Source of the DNA: Chiloscyllium plagiosum
Taxonomy: Eukaryota
NCBI RefSeq assembly: GCF_004010195.1
Contig: NC_057752.1
Location: forward strand, 4,229,626-4,293,625
Length of the DNA: 64,000 nucleotides
Direction: 5' to 3'
The translations under genes were made by a program, and so were the position numbers. This document shows, piece by piece, positions 60,752 through 64,000 of the stretch. Each line of letters opens with the position of its first letter. The stretch's first letter is position 1. Below the pieces are notes generated by a model. It was not told where the DNA came from. It made no database searches and was given only the letters and a program-made list of their open reading frames with translations.

Positions 60752-63409
60752 TTCCAGTGGCAGCACTACTGGTGGAGTATCTCCCAGTAGGAGGCTGCTC
60801 AACACATTCCCACTTGCTACTTGTCCTCCTGGACGGTGTTCTGGTGTGTAATTATATGTGCACAGAATGAGAGCCCACTGCTGAATTCAACCTGAAGCTA
60901 TGGGCAGCACGACCTTGTCCTCTTTGAGTCACTCTAGCGGGTTTGTGGTCTGTTACTGTTACAAATTTATATCTGTAAGGGTATTGGTGGAACTTTCTCA
61001 CACCAAAGATGACCATCAAACCTTCCTTCTCTACCTGGACATATTTATGTTCTGCATTAGCCAAAGTCCAGGAAGCATACAGTATTGGGCGTTCTTCTCC
61101 AGTGGGTCATCTGTGAGCCAGCAGTACCCCAATACCATATGGGGAGGCATCGCATGTCAGCACCAGATCTCACTTGGGATCAGAGTGTGTCAACACGTTG
61201 GCAATGACAGCTGCTTCTGCACTTCTCTAAAGGCTACATCTTGGCTACGAGACCATTTCCAAGACTGATCCTTTATCAATAGCACATGTAAGGGTGCCAG
61301 GGTGGAGGCCAAGTTATGTATGAACTCTCTGTAATAATTCGCCAATCCAAGGAAAGATCTAAGCTCCGGTACAGCCGTGGGAGCTGGGGTACCTTTGATT
61401 GTTCTCATTTTATCTTCCAAAGGTTGTAACCCGGTCTGGTCAACTCTAACCCAAGTAGGTCACTTGGTGTGCCTGGAACACATATATTTCCCTTTTAATG
61501 TGTATACCCGTCCTGGAGAAAGTTTTAAGGATCATGTCCAAGTTCTATAAGTGTTCCTTATTGGTCTTCCCTGTTATTTGCACGTCATCTAGAGAAATGG
61601 CAACCTGGGGTAGCCCTTGTAAAATGTTCTCCATTGTCAGCTGAAAAATTGCCCTTCCCCTGCCAGCTTTGCATATAAACCCTCTATGTGAGGGATTGGA
61701 TATTTATCCAGTTGTGATAAGTTGTTTACTGTTTGTATAAAATCCTCACAAAGGTGAACCAACCCATCGGGCTTCACAATCAGTACGCCTGGTGCTGCCC
61801 ATTCCTGGACTGGTTTGATGATTCCTTCCCTTTCCAGTCTCCCTGATTTCTGCCTCTACTTTTGCCCATAAGGCAAATGGCACTGGGTGGGCCTTAGAGA
61901 ATCATGGAACTGTGTCCTGGTCAACATGCAAGGTAGCCTTGGCTCCTTTAACAATCCCTAGACCTTCCTGAAAATCTTCCAGGTATTTAATTAGTTGTTC
62001 ACTCAGGCAGCCATTTTCTATTTGGAAAATGTTGAGCCAATCACAGTGAATCAGTTTTACCCACCAAGCTTGGGCCTGAGCCTTTTACTACACTCAGTGG
62101 GAACTGAACCAACTGCTTCTCATAAGAGACCGGAACAGAAACTGTACCATTTATCTGGTATAGGTTCTCAGTCTAGCCGAGGTCTTATGCAAACTTAAGG
62201 GTTGGAGTCCAGACTGAATCTTGTTGAAGACTGGTTTCACAAACCCTGATACAGCCACGCTGGTATCAACCTCTATTAGAACTGGGTGACCATTTAACCA
62301 GGTGTGTATTTTGATTGGTTCTGATTTGGATGTTGCTAAGCAATGTAACTGTTCCAAACCAGATGTAGATGGATTTTCCAGGGTGTGCACTCTCCTGGTT
62401 ACCAGCCTATTAGTTCTCTTACTCCATTTAGATCTCATGGGACTCTCTTGCTGTTTCGAGTCCACATACTGGCAGTAACTACAATGGTTTGTCGGCCTGG
62501 ATCCTGAAGAAAACTTTTACCGTTTGGCCGAGGCTTGGCTTTATTTTGGGGCTTTGCTGTGGGCTGGCCTAGAGCCCCTCTGTTCAGGATATATCCTGAG
62601 TGAGGCTACACAATTGCCTTCACTCAAGTGGCATTCCCCAAGTTCAGTCAGTGTGGCGAGGGTGCCCACCTCCATCGGAATAGCCTATAACTCATATACT
62701 CCACTTGCTGCATGTTCTAAAGCCAGTTTGAAGTCCAGATGGGCTTCAGCTAGTAGGTGCTTTTGCATGGTTACATCATTAATACCACATACCAAACGGT
62801 CTCTCAGCATCTCGTTCAGGGTTAAACCAAAGTCACATGCCTCTGCCAGGCATCTTAACTTGGTCAAAAATCCACAACACAGATTCCCCCGGTTCTCGAA
62901 CTGCTGAGTAAAACTGATAGTGTCTCAAAATTACAGGAGGCCTGGGGTTGTAATATTCCTTAACTAAATCTGTCAACCCTTGAAAGGTGTTTGTATCTGG
63001 TGCCTCAGGGAAAGTTAGGCTCTGAACAAGTGATAAAGCTATGGGTTCCTCAAGTTGTCGGGAGAATTACTCGTTACTTTTCAATCTGCCTCAATGTCAT
63101 TTGCCCAGAAAGAAATAACACATTCTTTCCACGCAGTGGGTCCAGTCACTGATAGCAGGATCGAATGAGCCAAGTTTCCCAAGTAATAACATGATGTCAG
63201 AAATGTTTACCCCAACTCAAAGATGACTGTTGCGAGTGATTTTCTTCAGGAGTGTATTTTCTTCTCTTGTCGCTGCAGAAATAACTCTATAGTGGCCTAT
63301 GTCCCGTCACCAAGTTCCCCTTTATTTACACGTGGAGAGTCTTCGACACTGATCCAGCTCCCTCAGAGTCAGCTTTCAGAGTGAGCAGAGCCTCTGACAC
63401 TCCTGTTTT

Positions 63410-64000
63410 ATTTTTCTTTTTTTTTAAGGATGTCTGATCCTCCTTTTTATTTGCCTTTTGTGTGTGTGTGCAGGTATGAGACACAGTGAAAGACACAAGG
63501 TGTACAAATCGTTATTCAATTTCCACCATCAGGGAGAAAGGAAACACCCGAGTGGCCAGTGACAAGCAGTGCCCTTCACATCAAAGGGCAATGCTGTCTG
63601 ATCAAAACAGTGAAGGGGAGGGTAGGGATCAAATCAACATAGAATTGGACGGGGAAATAATACACTCCACTCCCTGCGGTGCCCACCTCTCCCTGAACAA
63701 CTCCAGGGTGTTGGTCGACACCGCGTGCTCCTTCTCCAAGGACACCCGGGCTCTAACGTAACCGCGGAAGAGGGGCAGGCAGTCGGCCCTAACGACCCCC
63801 TCCACGGCCCGCTGCCTCGACCTGTTTATGGCCAGTTTGGCCAGACCCACGAGGAGGTCCTCAGACCTGCCCTCCCTCTTCCGTACCGGAGCTGAAGTGC
63901 AAGCAAAAGCAGAGAAGAAGGTTTTTAAGAAAGTCAAAAAGGGAGTGCAAACATCCATATCCCACATATACATGGTCCACAGACTCCACAGCGCCACACA
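63410..64000 (-). mobile_element. Tx1 family A 3' part inserted in the 5' LTR of Gypsy copy 2 (runs off the window)
   Basis: ORF 63629-63997 LLVGLAKLAINRSRQRAVEG..LFRGYVRARVSLEKEH..FRERWA resembles a Tx1 ORF2 C-terminus; UTR as in the other copies; A-tail abuts aaaacaggagtgtcagagg. Confidence 0.8.

Larger units (their letters stand above)
57396..63409 (-). mobile_element. Decayed Ty3/Gypsy LTR retrotransposon (copy 2, same family as copy 1)
   Basis: 3' LTR 57396-57908 with PPT gagggggaggga; partial 5' LTR 63277-63409; gag LRCLAEACDFG..LRDRLVCGI, protease IEVDTSVAVS, pol ELRSFLGLANYY, integrase-region MKRLARGYARWPGLD. Confidence 0.9.

Noticed and set aside
9525..60814. A completed inversion of the keratin interval by crossover between the two Gypsy copies
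   Set aside because: Diagnostic LTR bases pair 1884 with 11227 and 57396 with 63277, the non-recombinant arrangement. TSDs are too decayed or lie outside the window.
1..64000. CRISPR arrays, operons, retrons or other prokaryotic or phage systems
   Set aside because: There is no regular repeat-spacer array or dense coding; all RT fragments belong to eukaryotic CR1, PLE, Gypsy, Rex1 or Tx1 classes, and the host genes are spliced.

Overview
Repeat-dense vertebrate genomic DNA. The repeat families (HE1-like SINEs, CR1, Penelope-like, Deu-type SINE remnants) point to a shark or other cartilaginous fish; that is an inference. There is no prokaryotic content. Host genes: (1) an intact 9-exon type II keratin on + (CDS 20026-35598, 446 aa when spliced, exon sizes 258/209/61/96/165/126/221/53/152), with a short glycine-poor head, no cysteines and some KRT80-like residues; (2) the last two exons of a convergent KRT8-like type II keratin on - (46993-47042 and 46331-46503), whose upstream exons I could not find beyond a 500-N gap. 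The genes are bracketed by two decayed, oppositely oriented copies of one Ty3/Gypsy family (1884-11941 +; 57396-63409 -) with many nested insertions. Most interesting observations: three of the four Gypsy LTRs are interrupted at the same A-rich position by poly(A)-tailed retroposons (two are Tx1), and the one LTR lacking that motif is intact; the two old Gypsy copies share a ~650-bp patchy near-identical tract, and a pol fragment is inserted inverted into gag; several Penelope-like families carry minimal hammerhead ribozyme motifs; and Tx1 copies show 3' transduction and tandem re-insertion. All alignments were done by eye, and repeat boundaries are approximate unless junction sequences are quoted.
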